A DNA stretch of 64,000 nucleotides, taken from assembly GCA_010909165.1 (NCBI GenBank), contig MU008156.1, forward strand, positions 744,001-808,000, written 5' to 3'. The stretch comes from Anthoceros angustus (lineage: Eukaryota; Plantae; Anthocerotophyta). The notes below the pieces were generated by a model. The model saw only the letters and a list, made by a program, of their open reading frames with translations, made no database searches and was not told the DNA's origin. Positions 1 through 12,019 of the stretch are shown here, piece by piece. Position numbers and translations under genes: made by a program. Position 1 is the first letter of the stretch, and each line of letters opens with the position of its first letter.

Positions 1-44
1 AAAATCTTCCCACTCAATTTAAACCATAATATGTATGCACTTAC

Positions 45-957
45 CGTCCACCCAGCTTCCGCAGTATTTTTGTTGAAGCCATTTTCGGCAACCACCCATA
101 TTTGTGAAATTGTTGCGCCACCCCCGTTAGCAGGGACTTGGGGGTTCCATATACTAATGGAAGATGTTGCACCATGAAAAGGAAGTCCTGTGAACTCGTC
201 TCTTGCATACTACATCCAAAAGATATAAGGACATTAGCTTTGTAAGGTTAGCTTCATTCACCGCATTGATCCACATACAGTATTGAATAAAAGCATCATG
301 AATACAGTTACGTACATCATGCACAGCTCCATCATTCACGGCATCAAGATGAGAGGATTTGATATTTTTTCGCAGATTATGTGCTTGTTTCAAACGTTCA
401 AGATCATCTTCCAATATGCGTCGCACAGGAATAGTTCCCTCTTGGCACATGCCAACTTCTCGATGATACACTTGAACATTGGAAGAACCTCCCATGGCTT
501 TTAGTTGTAAATGTTGAAACGATGGAGGTGGTTTCTGCAAGTACATAGCAAGAAAACATTTACATACATGTAAATTAAAAAAAAAAACAATCTCATATAT
601 TTAAAACCATTTGAGACATACTTGAAGAACATGATCTTTGAACAATGGATGTTGCAAAGTTAATTGGTCTTCAATTCTCACACAATCCACAATGGAACCA
701 TCTGAAAGCTATTCATATATATATCTCAAATGAGTATAAGATAAACAAAAATAAAATAAACTTTCACCATCATAATAAACATGTTAGGAAATGAATACAT
801 TATGAGACGTCACAAAAGGTCGATTGACAATATCCAAGTCCAATGTTTCCACTTCGAATGAGTTCTTCAGATGGGAACTGTGAATCATATTATTTTTTCC
901 ACAAAACAAAATAATATAGACAAACCATATAATGCATGACAACAATGAGGCAGTCAT
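45..957 (-). CDS. Neprosin-family protein (activation peptide plus start of neprosin/DUF239 domain), 3' end runs off the window
   Basis: Inferred GT-AG exons 957-799, 708-622, 534-316, 209-45. They give a hydrophobic N-terminus (MTASLLSCIIWFVYIILFC), then DGSIVDCVRIEDQLTLQHPLFKDHVLQ, CQEGTIPVRR and SIWNPQVP...SQIWVV...NTAEAGWT, which are typical neprosin motifs. Confidence 0.85.
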
Positions 958-1280
958 CTTTTCCTCTGTGAAAAGTGTGATCTGAAGTTTTTTGTTTTTC
1001 TTTCTCTTCATGCTATACATATATAGCCCAAAGGGGATGCAATCTTTCGAACTAAATAACAAAATCTCGATATATATATAATTTTTACATATAAACTCTC
1101 TTAGTATATCTCATCTCTTTTTCTTACATAAAATCTTCTTTCCTTTACATGTCAATATTTACAAGACATTCTTCAAGCACCCAATAATTTTTTTCCATCA
1201 TTATTCAAGTAATACAACCAATCTTAATATTTCCTATTAAAAAAATCAATTTTGCTTGCATTCGCTTCTTACAATACAAA

Positions 1281-1612
1281 CCAACACAAGAAGTGAAGTG
1301 AGCCTCATAGTTAAGCATCCATACCTTCTTACACGTATAGAACAACACAAGAAGCGAGACTCACAGCCAATCATCAATCCCTTCTTACAGCCCTGAGGTA
1401 CAAAACAATTCACGACAGGCCAGCCTCACAACAAAGGAGGATCAATCCCTTCTCCCAATCCTCAGGTAGAAAACAACACCAGGAAGCGAGCTTGGCAGCC
1501 AAGCATCAATCCCTGGAGTCCTAGCGTCCCCAGGTACAAAACCACCCAAAGTGAGCCTCACAGCTGATCATCAATCCCATCCTACAGTCCTCAGGTAAAA
1601 AACAACAGCCAG
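1281..1612. repeat. Degenerate tandem repeat, about 5 copies of a ~60-70 bp unit
   Basis: Recurring blocks aacaacac(a)agaagcgag(a/c)ctcacagc..atcaatccct..ca(g)..ct(c/g)aggta(c/g)aaaac at roughly 65-bp spacing. Confidence 0.7.
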
Positions 1613-1826
1613 ACGTCAGGCTAAAGGTGCTATGGCATCAAAGGAATATGATGTGCAGGCCGCTTTGTGAAGCACCTTGCCATATAGTGGACGTCATCTG
1701 CCCTGTGGGGATGTCGTCTGCCTTGTGGGCAAGTCAGCTGCGTCCACTTTGAAGTTCGCTGGGTTCGGTGGTGAACACCCATGAGGGAGACGGGGGTTTG
1801 GCCCAGCATGTCACCAAGTGTTTGAA

Positions 1827-1852
1827 CACTTGAGAAGATATCTTCTCAAGTG
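1827..1852. repeat. Perfect 26-bp palindrome overlapping the NPF stop codon
   Basis: cacttgagaagat|atcttctcaagtg is its own reverse complement. Confidence 0.9.
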
Positions 1853-3871
1853 ACCTTGTAACGGTACCTCCAAGCAACGAGGCAGAAGGCAGCGAGGTTG
1901 ACAGTGCCCACGATAGCGAACATCCAGAAAAACTTGTCCAAGCTCGAGCGATTCACATTGGTGCCGATCCACGGGGGCTGTGTGCTTTCATTCACAACGG
2001 TGATGATGACGCTGCTGAGGAAGGTGCCGACACCCGCGATGCTGAGGTAGTAGCCGGTGCCCACGCTGCGCATGTGGTCGGGGGACTGGTCGTAGAAGAA
2101 TTCCAGCAACCCGGCGATGGTGAGGGCGTCCGCCACGCCCATTATCGCATACTGCGGCACCAGGTGGAAGACGGAGAGCGGGAGGATGGTCTTGGGGGAG
2201 TCCTGCAGGCCGTGCTGCCGGACGTACTCCAGCCTGCTGGTCTCGACAACAGCTGCGCACACCATGGATATGTTGGCAAGGAGCAGCCCAAATCCAACGC
2301 GCTGCAGCATGGAGATCCCGCGTGGGTTCCCGGTAAACCGCCGGGCCATTGGCACCAACACCCGATCGTAGACTGGGATGGTCACCATTATGGCAATCGT
2401 GGTGAAGACCTGCAAGGAAGCCGGGGGGATCCGGAAGTGGGGGCCGAGCCGGGTGTCCATCGTGGCTCCCATTCTTGTGAACACAGTCGCTCCCTGCCCG
2501 ACCGTGGCTGCGAAGATCAAGGTTGTCACCCACACCGGAATCATGTTCACAAACAGCTTGATCTCCTCCACTTCAGTGACGGTGCAGAGTCGCCAATGAG
2601 AGCTGTGGGCTGTGGGTATGGCGGCCTTGTCCAGAAATCTGCCAGGCATGAGTGAAATTGGCTCGAATTGCTTTTGCAAGCAGATAATTTAAAAGGACTT
2701 CGGCTCAGCTGCACTCACCTCAAGGATTTGGTGTGGGGAATTAGACGCTGGCCCGGAGGCGGGGACTTGGTGCCGATGTCGATCTCGTAGAGCAGGTTGG
2801 GGTCGGCAGGCAGCTTCACATTCCAGTTCCGGGCGGCTGCAACCAGCACTCGGGCTATCTGCGTGAAGGGGCTGCCTAAGTGTGTCTGGTATCGGTACAA
2901 TTTGGTGCCTGCGAAGAATAGAGTCAAGGAGATGGCCAACACGATAGTGGGGATCCCGAAGCCCCAGCTCCAGGACACGTTATCCTGGACGTAGACCACC
3001 ACGGTGACGGCCAAGAGAGTCCCGGTTCCGATCATCATGTACCACCAATTGAAGAAGGAGTTCTTCCGGAGCGACTCCTTTGCATCCCCGTAGTCGAACT
3101 GGTCTGCCCCGAAGGAGGAGACGTTGGGTTTCATCCCACCTGATCCCAGCGCTGTGACGTAAAGCGCGCAGTAGAAGAAAGCCACCTGAGCTCCCGTGGC
3201 TTTCTGGCAGGATCCGGCCTCGGCTGTGGGTTCGCACGTCGGGGGCTTCAGGCCGGGCACCGTGACCGACATGACCAGCATGAGCAGACCCTGTCGTTCA
3301 AAACGTGCACACGGGATTCCCGTCACCTGCATGCCTGCAAGCAATCTGCGAATTACGATGCTGTTGGATGAGAACTCACGATCATGTAGACGGCGCCGAA
3401 CAGGGCGATGGCTCTGTACCGCCCCAGGTACGCATCCCCCACGAACCCGCCGACGATGGGAGTGAGCAGGCTCGTCCCTTGCCAGTTGTTCACGCTCTTG
3501 GACGCCGTGGCCAGCCCTTGTTGCAGCACGTCGCTGAGGTACGTAACTAGGTTGGATCCAACCCCAAAGTACACCAGCCGCTCCGACAACTCGTTCCCTT
3601 CTCAACCACGGCAACAGATCCATCAGACTCTGATACGTGGTCAGAACCTTGCATCAGCAGCACCTGCAGTACTAGTCAAGATTGAAAGACTCTCACCGAG
3701 AATGAAGTAGCAGGGCGTCCAACCCCCCGTATGCAGCTTGTTGGCAGGCCTTCCCTTGCAATCCACCGACCCATCCTGCGTGAAGCAGCTTCCCGCATCC
3801 ATATCCCCGGCCTGGGCCCCATCTCTCTGACCAACATCCTGCCCGCCCTCACCGCTGTCCGGAGAGGGCAT
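1846..3871 (-). CDS. NRT1/PTR (NPF, POT family) proton-coupled nitrate/peptide transporter
   Basis: Inferred exons 3871-3697, 3597-3380, 3290-2719, 2638-1846, all GT-AG. Motifs: TGGW, ELSERL (ExxER), FGADQFD, SFFNWWY, RYQ..GSPFT, FLDKAA, LCTVTEVEE, EFFYDQSPD.MRS. The start could instead be the downstream Met (MDAGSCF). Confidence 0.93.
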
Positions 3872-4256
3872 CCTGCTGTCAACCTCGTCGCGAGCCGGTT
3901 ACAGCACCCAAGCGTAGTTCCCGCCGCAGGCAGTCTGTAGATGTGTATACTCTTGGCTTGCTTGCAATGCTCCAGGAATCATTGCGGCTGCAAAGCTGCC
4001 AGCTGAATCCAACGAGGCCGGGAACTAAGAAGCTCGCTTCACTTTCAAAGACCTCCCTGCTTTCCTGGTGCAACTCCAGTGCCGCCATAGAAAGCAACTA
4101 GAAGACCTGTCTCAGTCCGCTGCGCGATTTCCTCGTCTCTACACGTCACAGGAGGCATCGGTTGCAACCGGTTAACCCGTTAATTCAGCACAGTTTTTTC
4201 GACGTGCGGGAAATATGTTTATGCGATAAGGGGGAGAGCGGTGGCATTTGCACATA

Positions 4257-4377
4257 CTTTCCTCAATCGGGGAGGTGAACGAGAAATCAGACTCTACACA
4301 GACTTTCTTGTACACTCGTAGCCTTTCCTCAATCGGGGAGGTGAACGAGAAATCAGACTCTACACAGACTTTCTTGT
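4257..4377. repeat. Direct duplication, 66-bp period, 2 copies
   Basis: ctttcctcaatcggggaggtgaacgagaaatcagactctacacagactttcttgt at 4257 and 4323. Confidence 0.9.
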
Positions 4378-4847
4378 TTTGCTGTCAGACACAAGATCAC
4401 GCAAAGATGAGGCACAATCAACCAGCGACTGTTCCCAAGAGGCACACTGGTTAGTAGCTATGTATCAGCCTGGACAAGTATCAGCACCACTCACACAAGC
4501 CTGCAATACTACCACAATCTACCAGGACAGTTCGTTAGCTGCCAACAGTTCATTAATAGTACAGTGGAGGCAACACAAATGTGGTCATCACTACAAAGGA
4601 ATAGGGTAAATAAACAGTTACAGAATACGACTGTAGGGTAAGTAAACAGTTGCAGAACAAGACTGTTGTAGCAAGCCGAAAACATTGTACCCAATAGTAA
4701 GGCCAGGAGCAAGGCAAGGCTCTTGTGTCCCTCTCTTATACCAAGAGTGATACAGTAACCAATATGGTTCTCAAAGTCTCCAAAGAACATATTTACCTTC
4801 CAAAGGGCAGATTTGCCTAAAGCTTGGATCCTACAGAAGCCTTCTTT

Positions 4848-5015
4848 ATCCTCGCTTCACTAACATCCTAGCTTCACTAACATCCTCGCTTCACCAACAT
4901 CCTCGCTTCAGACGAGTTTTTTTGGTTGTACGTATCGTATGAGCCTTATTCCGAGGTTATGACGAGTTTTTTTTGTTGTACATATCGTATGAGCCTTATT
5001 CCGAGCTTGAGACGA
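4848..5015. repeat. 17-bp tandem repeat (about 4 copies) directly followed by a 50-bp duplication
   Basis: atcct(c/a)gcttcac(t/c)aac starts at 4848, 4865, 4882 and 4899; gacgagtttttt..ttgtac.tatcgtatgagccttattccgag starts at 4911 and 4961. Confidence 0.85.
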
Positions 5016-5562
5016 AGGTGGTCCGTGGAGGGAGTTTGTCCTGTGCAGCCAAGCCAGCTGCCGGCCTGTGCTGGTGGGGATTTCCCTCCGCAGGGGTCCC
5101 AGAGTCCAGGAGGCCTGGGGAGAGCATCAACCATCGCGAGGTGGTTCATCAGGTGTCCCCTCAATTCCGACTTCCCTGGCTGCCACGTGCACGACAGTTG
5201 GTGCTCTGCTCGAAACAAGCAAGGCGATGGTGTCCTCCATGGCTTGTCCAGTTGCGGTGCGAACCTTCCTGCGCTTCTTGTTGCCCGGAAGAGGTCTCCC
5301 AGCGGGCTTTCATGTGGAGCGGTCTGGAGCGGCGTGAGGTGGCGGCCACCGGGCACCCTTCGCTTCAGTGTAGCCGGGGTGGGAGTCGGCTTGCCTTCGC
5401 TGCTGCTGCTGCTGCTGCTGCTCTTCCCTTCTGTTAGGGCGGGGGATCAGCAGGCTCGGGGTTTGTGTTTCGGCGTTGCTCTTGCAAGACAGGCAGGCGG
5501 TGATGGCGGGTGCGGAGTGAGCAGGTTGTTGGTTTGGGGTGGCTGGAGTTGGGGTTGTTGCA

Positions 5563-7741
5563 ATGCAGAGATTGCCGTCTATCCCACGCGTGGGGCACCA
5601 GAAGTCGGAGATAAGGAGAGTTCTTGGTGCTGGTCATAAGTCGCGCCACTATGTTCTCTGCGTTGTGTGGGTGCTGGCTTTCGCGCTCCTCTTTGCTTGG
5701 CAGCGGGAGCAGATTGTGAAGTATGCGCCGTTTAGCCATGAGGAGGTTGTGGAGGCTGCACTGCCCTTTCCGACGCTGCGGCGGCACGTGTTTAATCTGA
5801 CGGATTTCGGAGCGGTGGGCGATGGGAGGGCGCACAATACGCAGGCGTTTGAGGCAGCAGTTGCTGCGATCCGGGTGGTGGCAGGGGATGGAGGAGGGCA
5901 GCTCAACGTTGGGCGGGGGCGCTGGCTCACTGCCCCTTTCAATCTCACCAGCCATATGACCCTGTTTCTGGCCAAGGGTGCCGTCATTCTGGGGATTCAG
6001 GTGAATTTTGTTTTGGCGTTTCCTGAGTTTGTACGCTGTCAGGCAGAGTTGGTGCTTGCTTGTAGAGGATTTGTTTGAGCTTTTTTTGAAGATTGTTTCT
6101 TTTCTTGACACTTCAGTAGGCAGGACGTTGGGTGCACATGGTGATCGAATGGAGGTGAAGAGCTAGTTTGCATGGTGGTAGCAGTGAGCTTGTGGTGGGA
6201 AGGAGGGATTGCAGCTGGAAAGGGGCTTTGTGACCAGCATGGAACAATGCGCAAGGTGAGAGGGATAGAAGGGGGGATGTGGAGGGGAGTTTACTGCTCA
6301 TGTGTGTAGTACCTAGGTGCTGCTGATGTGTGATGAATGAATCCTAGGCATTGCTTTCTGCATGTCTTCTGTGACCCAAGGTTTGCTCATGCTTACTCTT
6401 AGGACGAGAGCTACTGGCCTATCCTGCCTCCCTTGCCGTCATATGGACGTGGTCGCGAATACCCAGGTCCTCGGTATGGTAGCCTGATTCATGGTCAAAA
6501 ACTTGAGGACATTGTAATCACCGGTTATTTCTCACTCCGACACCATGCTTGTTTTCTTCGTTTTGGATTCTGTTGTAGATGTTCCTGCAGGACATACTTG
6601 ATCGATGTTGGATCCTTGCCGCTGCAGGTCACAATGGGACTATTGACGGGCAAGGGCAACGTTGGTGGCGCAAGTTCAGGCAGAAGAAATCTCGGCGCAC
6701 AAGGCCCTGCCTGGTGCAGTTCCAATGGTCCAAGAACGTTGAAATATCAAATGTCACTCTCAGAAACTCGCCCTTCTGGACTTTTCATCCTTACGACTGC
6801 AAGAATGTTACTGTCAGAGGAGTTACAGTGTTGGCACCAGATTCTTCTCCCAACACAGATGGCATAGACCCAGGTACTAGAAACAAGTCGAGCTTGCAGC
6901 TCCTTGTAATACTACACGATCTTCGAATCTTGCCCTAACGACTGCCACCTGCTTTTTTCAGACTCTTGCACAGATGTTGTGATAGAAGACTGCTACATAA
7001 GCGTGGGAGATGATGCAGTGGCTATTAAGAGCGGATGGGACCAGTATGGCATCAAGTATGGTCGACCTTGTGCCAACATCATCATCCGCAACCTAATTGC
7101 GCATGCTCCAGTGAGGTATTCACTTGCCCCCATCAATCGTTTCATCATGCGTGAGCACAGAAGTAGCTTGTGACATGCCGAAGAAAGAAAGAGGCCTTTA
7201 ACTGGGATGTGTTTACAGTGCTGCAGTCTCCATTGGCAGTGAAATGTCAGGTGGAGTGACCAATGTCTCCGTCGAGAACCTGCTTGCATGGGGCTCCAGG
7301 AGGGGAATCCGCATCAAAACCTCTGCAGGTAGAGGTGGGTACGTGACCAACATCAGATACAAGGATGTCAGGTTTGAGTCAGTGCGGGTTGGCATTGCCA
7401 TCAAGACCGACTACGGCGACCATCCAGACGAATACTTTGACCCTCTCGCCTACCCAAAGGTGGCAAACATCTCCTTCCACGACATCTACGGCAAAGATGT
7501 GCGCATTCCTGTGAGAATCTACGGCACCAAGGAAATCCCCATCACTGGACTGGAGTTCAAGAACGTGTATGTGGGTTCCAGTAAGAAAAAGAAACACATC
7601 TTCCAGTGCTCTTTTGTGGAAGGCAGAGTTGTGGGCAAAATCCAGCCCAGTCCTTGCGGAGATCTTGTGAGGTATCCAGCCAATGATGTCGAGCATGAAC
7701 TGAATGGCCCCATTGGAGCGAGTCCCCGAAACTCCAGCTGA
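5563..7741 (+). CDS. Polygalacturonase / pectin lyase-like GH28 protein with an N-terminal membrane segment
   Basis: Inferred exons 5563-6000, 6403-6523, 6628-6873, 6962-7115, 7219-7741. Motifs: DFGAVGDG...NT.AF, WLTAPFNLTSHMTLFL, LPSYGRGRE, SPNTDGIDPDS, GDDAVAIKSGWD, SIGSEMSGG, RIKT. The GHG motif is absent, as in the plant PG subgroup with the SGWD motif. Confidence 0.93.
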
Positions 7742-8006
7742 GAGGCGGTCTTTGTTTCTTATAGTTGTCCTGTGGCTCAATGGCTTCCCAGGCCTGAACT
7801 AGCCGACACTTTTGGACTGGACGGTGTTGGTTCTGGGAACAGTGAAGTGGAAAGGCTTGCCGTATGTGTGCTCGGTTGTCCTGGAGAAACTATCATCCGA
7901 AAACATAGCCAACCGCGACCCCGGGGGCCACAATGGGTGTGCACTCAGCAGCCTCGGAAGAGTCGTAAGTCCCGCTGGCGGGGGGAATTCCCGAAGCCCC
8001 AACCAG

Positions 8007-8045
8007 GCCGGCACGTTTTGCTCAAGGCAAAGTACCCGCCACGTG
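8007..8045 (+). promoter_or_regulatory. Candidate cis-elements upstream of the RAM1-like gene (GCCGGC palindrome and GCCACGTG G-box)
   Basis: GCCGGC at 8007-8012 and GCCACGTG at 8038-8045, about 200-240 bp upstream of the putative ATG. These are short motifs in GC-rich DNA and may be chance. Confidence 0.25.
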
Positions 8046-8243
8046 CGGGCGAAGCCTGCGGTTCGAACCAGGGTGGTAGGGAAAATCGAGGCTTGGTGAT
8101 GGAGGGATGGAGGGATGGAGGATGGGGAGGTCGTGTGCTGTGCAGTGCAATGCAATGCAGCGGCGCACCATGAGTGGGAAACGACGCAGGCGCAAGTGTA
8201 GGAGGAAGAGGATTATGCTGATGCCGGAGGGGCAAGTCGCACG

Positions 8244-11200
8244 ATGCAGGATTCCATGTGCGGCAGTCTGAGCCACGGCCTGCAGGGCCTGGAGATCGTG
8301 GAGGTTCCGGTTCCGGGAGCGGACGACGGGGACGGGGAAGCGGATTCGGAGGCCGAAGAGGAGCAGGAAGAGGAGGCGCAGGAGGAGGAGCCGGACTTGC
8401 TGCTGCTGGATATGGATTCCCCGGAGAGCTCCACGCTGCAGTGGATCGAGAACATGATTGACCTAGAGCAGTTGATGGAGGATTCCATGGACACGTCAGG
8501 TCCCGTGGAGCAGCAACAACAGCAGCAGCAACAACAACAACAACAGCAACAACAGCAACAACAGCAGCAACAGCAGCAGCAGCAAATGGATACAAAGCAG
8601 CAGCAGCAGCAAGGGCCGTCTTACTACAGCCCGGTGCCGTTGTACCAGCACCAGCACCTCAATATGTTCGCCGCGGTACAGTCACAGGGACAGGCACAGG
8701 GCGCACAGAGCGGGGGGAATGGCCACAAGAACTGTCTGATGCCGCACACTCACCCGCATCCGCATACCCCGCCGCGCAGGACAGCATCTCCGGCCCTCTC
8801 AGGGCTGCATTCGCCTCCGGCAACCCCGTATGCAGACTACGGGGGAATCATTCCGCCGCCGCGCTCCTCCTCGCCGGGCATGGCGGGAAACGCGTTCCTG
8901 GACTCCTCGCACCACCACCACGCCCGGAGCCACCAGCAGCAGCAGCAGCCGCCGCAACCCCAGCCGCAGCAGCATCAACAACACTACTCCCACTCCCAGC
9001 AGCTCTCGGGCCGGCGCCCGGGCGCGCACTCCATGAGCGTCAACATCTCCCGCCCCTCCCTCGCCCACCCGCACCCGGGCAGCCCCGGCTCCGGCTCCCG
9101 CTCCATCTCCCCCTTCCAGCAGTTCCTCAGCAGCGGCAGCATGTCCATCAGCGGCGGCAGGATGCACAAGGTGCCCTCGGCGCCGCAGCTGGAGCAGATG
9201 GGGATGGAGCAGCCGCAGCCGCAACCGCAGCCGCAGCAGCCGCAGCCGCAGCCGCAGCCGCAGAGGCAGGTGCCGCATGCGCACCAGGCTTACCCTTCCA
9301 TGTCCCCTGGGAACGGCAGCATGCAGACGCTCTCCTCCAGCCCGGTGGCGTCCGCGTCCGCCCCACCTCGCTGGCGCGGAGAAGCAGCAGCGGGAGCAGC
9401 AGCAGCCGCAGCCATAGCCACAGGTACGCGGGGCCGGGGCCGGGGCCGGGGCCCGCGCACGACTACGCCATGGAGCAGTACATGGTAGGCTCGCCCTCCC
9501 GCAGCGCCGCCGCATCGCACCTCCACGCCCACGGCCATGCGGGAGCAGCGGGGTCATCGGCCGGCCATGCCCGGAACAACTCCCTCTCGGGCCAGCTCTC
9601 CCACTCCCTCTCCTTCTCCAACTCCCCGCCCAGCCTGCCATCGCTCTGGTCCGCGGCCCCCGCGCCGCCATCCCACTTCAGCGCCGCGGCCATGGAGATG
9701 TCCTCGTCGGCCAGGCTCTCCGGAGCGGCATCGCTTTCGCAGGCATCGATTTTCTTCCTGACTAGTTGTTTCCATGTTCTCCTCCTTCCGTTGTATGTAG
9801 TTGTTCGTTGTTCGTTGTTCGTTGTTCAACACGTTTTGATTGTGGACATGGAATGGAGAAGGCGCAGGAAGGCGAGCCCATGGTGGGCATCGCGGAGCAG
9901 CAGCACGACAGCGGGCTGCAGCTGGTGCACCTGCTGCTGTCGTGCGCGGAAGCGGTGGCGCAGGACGACAAAATCCTGGCGCAGGGCAGCCTGCTGCAGC
10001 TGCAGCAGATGGTGTCGCCGATGGGGGACTCGATGCACCGCGTGGCGGCCTATTTCACGGACGCGTTACACGCGCGGATCATGGGCACGGGATCCCGCTC
10101 CTACATGGCGCTGCGGGCCTACGACCCCGCGTCCAGCGAGGAGGTGCTGGCGGCGTACCAGATCCTCTACCAGGCCTGCCCCTACGTCAAATTCGCGCAC
10201 TTCACGTCCAACCAGGTCGGGATCATCACATGGGCTGCTTTGAACACGATGCCATGCCATGAAATGCTTCAAGTGCTCTAATGCTGCCGTTCGCAGGCCA
10301 TATTCGAGGCGTTCGATGGCGAGGAGCGGGTGCACATCATCGACCTGGACATCCTGCAGGGCTACCAGTGGCCGACTCTGATGCAGGCGCTGGCTGCGCG
10401 GCACGGCGGAGCGCCCCGCCTGCGCATCACCGGCGTGGGGATGCCATTGGACGCGGTCCAGGAAACAGGCGAGTCACGATGAACCGCACACCCACGTCCT
10501 TTGCATCACGCCGCTCCCATGCGGCCGCAGCACGGAAAGAAAAAGGGAACAAAAGGGATGGCTGGAGCCCCATTGAAGCTGGGGGATGGGTGGCACCCCA
10601 TCTAAGCCACTGATGCGTCGGCGTGTGTTTGTGGTGTTTCAACGAAGTCATGTCTGGATGTCACTCCTCGAAGGGAGGACAGTTGGGTCGTCACTTCATC
10701 CTCATGCTCTCCTGGAACTCATTAGTAACAGACAATGTGGATCGCATCGCAGGAAAGACGCTGGCCACAATTGCCGAGTTCCTGCAGATGCCCTTCGAGT
10801 TCCATGCCGTGGGCGAGCGCCTGGAGGACGTGCAGGTACGCACGGCCACCCGCACCTACACCACCACCTTTTGCTGCTGCAAGTTTACCTCGCCTACTTC
10901 TCCTTCGCTTCTTCCGCCCTCTGCCGCCTTCTTCCCAGATGTTTGGAAATTGTGCAGGCCTACATGTTGCAGCGGCGCGTGGGCGAGGCGCTGGCGGTGA
11001 ACTCTGTCAACAGGCTGCACCGGCTGCTGTCCATGAACAACGACCCGGTCACCCCGCTGGTGGGGATTCTGCACATGATCCGGGAGCAGGCTCCAAAGAT
11101 CGTGACGCTGGTGGAGCAGGAGGCGTCGCACAACGGCCACTTCTTCCTCGGCAGATTCCTGGAAGCCTTGCACTACTACTCGGCCATCTTCGATTCTCTG

Positions 11201-11631
11201 GACGCCACGCTCCCGCAGGTCAGTTGCCCGCTCTCCTCCACCTCATTCCAGGAGTCCATGACATGTGCAGGAAGGTAGAGCCCGTGAGATGACATGCGCG
11301 CATCCGCCCATGGATGTCCCTATGGCACGTGCAGGAAAGCCCTGAGCGGGCCAAGGTGGAGCAGCTCATATTCGCGCAGGAGATCACCAACATCGTGTCG
11401 TGCGAGGGGACCGAGCGGGTGGAGCGGCACGAGAAGCTGGAGCGGTGGCGCAAGATCATGGAGAGCATCGGCTTCCAGAGCGTGCCGCTCAGCCAGAACG
11501 CCACCCACCAGTCGCGCCTCCTGCTCGGGCTCTACAGCTGCGACGGATACACGCTGGTCGAGGACAAGGGCTGCCTGCTCGTGGGCTGGCAAGATCGGCC
11601 CATCGTCGCCGCCTCTGCCTGGCGATGTTAG
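8244..11631 (+). CDS. RAM1: GRAS transcription factor, RAM1 (Required for Arbuscular Mycorrhization 1)-like, with a long Q/P/H/S-rich N-terminus
   Basis: [113 protein letters not shown] and [31 protein letters not shown] match my recollection of legume RAM1. Inferred exons 8244-9742 (with an apparent 1-nt frameshift near 9361), 9868-10215, 10297-10468, 10753-10835, 10958-11218, 11335-11631. Confidence 0.85.
8511..8612 (+). repeat. CAG/CAA microsatellite encoding a poly-glutamine tract in the RAM1-like N-terminus
   Basis: About 25 consecutive Gln codons followed by a further 6. Confidence 0.95.
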
Positions 11632-12019
11632 CTCACGTACGTGCTCGAGTGAATGCAACTTCTCCTGGCCGGATCCCCGCAGTGCTCACCAAGAGACGAG
11701 AATTCGCCGACAACATGACCATCACTTTTGAATCAAAGGCTTGCAATCGGGGATCGATCTATTCCACATCCACAGACGGCCTGGAGTGTGCATCCAGTCA
11801 CGAAGGTACCGCTTACCAGTAACTAACCCTAACCCAGTGCGCAGCTGCACTGCACAGATGCCAGGCCCAGGCTCCATCCAACAACATCAAGCTCTGATCA
11901 CGGAGTCTGCTGGCATCGGGCTACAGCTACAGTCTGATCGGAAGCTTTAGAGCTCGTCACGTCAAATCTTCCACATGAGCTTCCATCACTGATTTCAGAA
12001 TTTAAATTGCACCAAGTGA

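Noticed and set aside
4926-5639. 237-aa ORF upstream of the polygalacturonase
   Set aside because: Non-ATG start inside a tandem duplication, and no recognisable domain; more likely promoter/5' UTR in GC-rich DNA.
7945-9671. Long minus-strand ORFs opposite the RAM1-like gene
   Set aside because: Antisense shadows of GC-rich, low-complexity coding sequence.
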